DNA of 64,000 nt from IMG/VR virus record IMGVR_UViG_3300027733_000032; one strand, given 5' to 3'. This DNA comes from a virus. Positions 63,928 to 64,000 of this stretch are shown here, one piece after another. Position 1 is the stretch's first letter, and every line of letters begins with the position of its first letter. The position numbers and the translations under genes were made by a program. The notes below the pieces were generated by a model. The model saw only the letters and a list, made by a program, of their open reading frames with translations. It searched no databases and was not told the DNA's origin.

Positions 63928-64000
63928 ATGGCTGCTCTATCATCGAAAACTATGTCCAAGATGAGGGCATTGCGTCAAGCACAAAAACTTGGTTGCTCTG
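63928..64000 (+). CDS. partial ORF running off the right edge
   Basis: AGGTGG SD, MAALSSKTMSKMRALRQAQKLGCS... Confidence 0.5.
   Translation, partial: MAALSSKTMSKMRALRQAQKLGCS

Noticed and set aside
1-64000. Stop-codon reassignment
   Set aside because: All three stops end genes with coupled downstream starts, and ORFs over 10 kb are open in the standard code.

Overview
A 64-kb segment of a large, probably uncultivated, contractile-tailed (myovirus-type) dsDNA phage. GC is in the mid-40s % by eye. Several leaderless TGnTAnnnT promoters and an actinophage-type head domain weakly suggest an Actinomycetota host (inference). Bases 1-25.2 kb are mostly minus strand: tape measure (partial), tail chaperone with a -1 frameshift, tube, sheath, neck genes, an IbrA/IbrB-like PAPS-reductase + ParB pair with a LAGLIDADG intein, class II ribonucleotide reductase, a D-arm-less tRNA-like RNA with a UAU anticodon, RuvC-like, HNH, PD-(D/E)XK and Rad52/Sak-like recombination genes, and TerL. 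Bases 25.3-64 kb are a plus-strand head operon: portal, HK97-type prohead protease, then about 35 kb of giant modular proteins (3430, 598, 3435, 1070, 677 and 1753 aa). No major capsid gene was recognised in the window. The main candidate novel system has three parts. (i) The 3430-aa ORF lacks a start codon for its conserved N-terminal tag and is joined to the prohead protease by an apparent programmed -1 frameshift (A AAA AAA, 7-nt spacer, perfect 8-bp stem). (ii) The giant proteins are built from domains delimited by about 30 copies of a G-M-[RSAG]-S motif, consistent with polyprotein processing. (iii) The modules include Nudix, HipA-like kinase, zincin, ADP-ribosyltransferase-like, ParB, KTSC, pentapeptide and RelA/SpoT domains, and three of the giants are followed by small candidate immunity ORFs. 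Together this suggests a capsid-packaged, protease-processed effector polyprotein system. Domain calls come from motif recognition only; no database searches were run.
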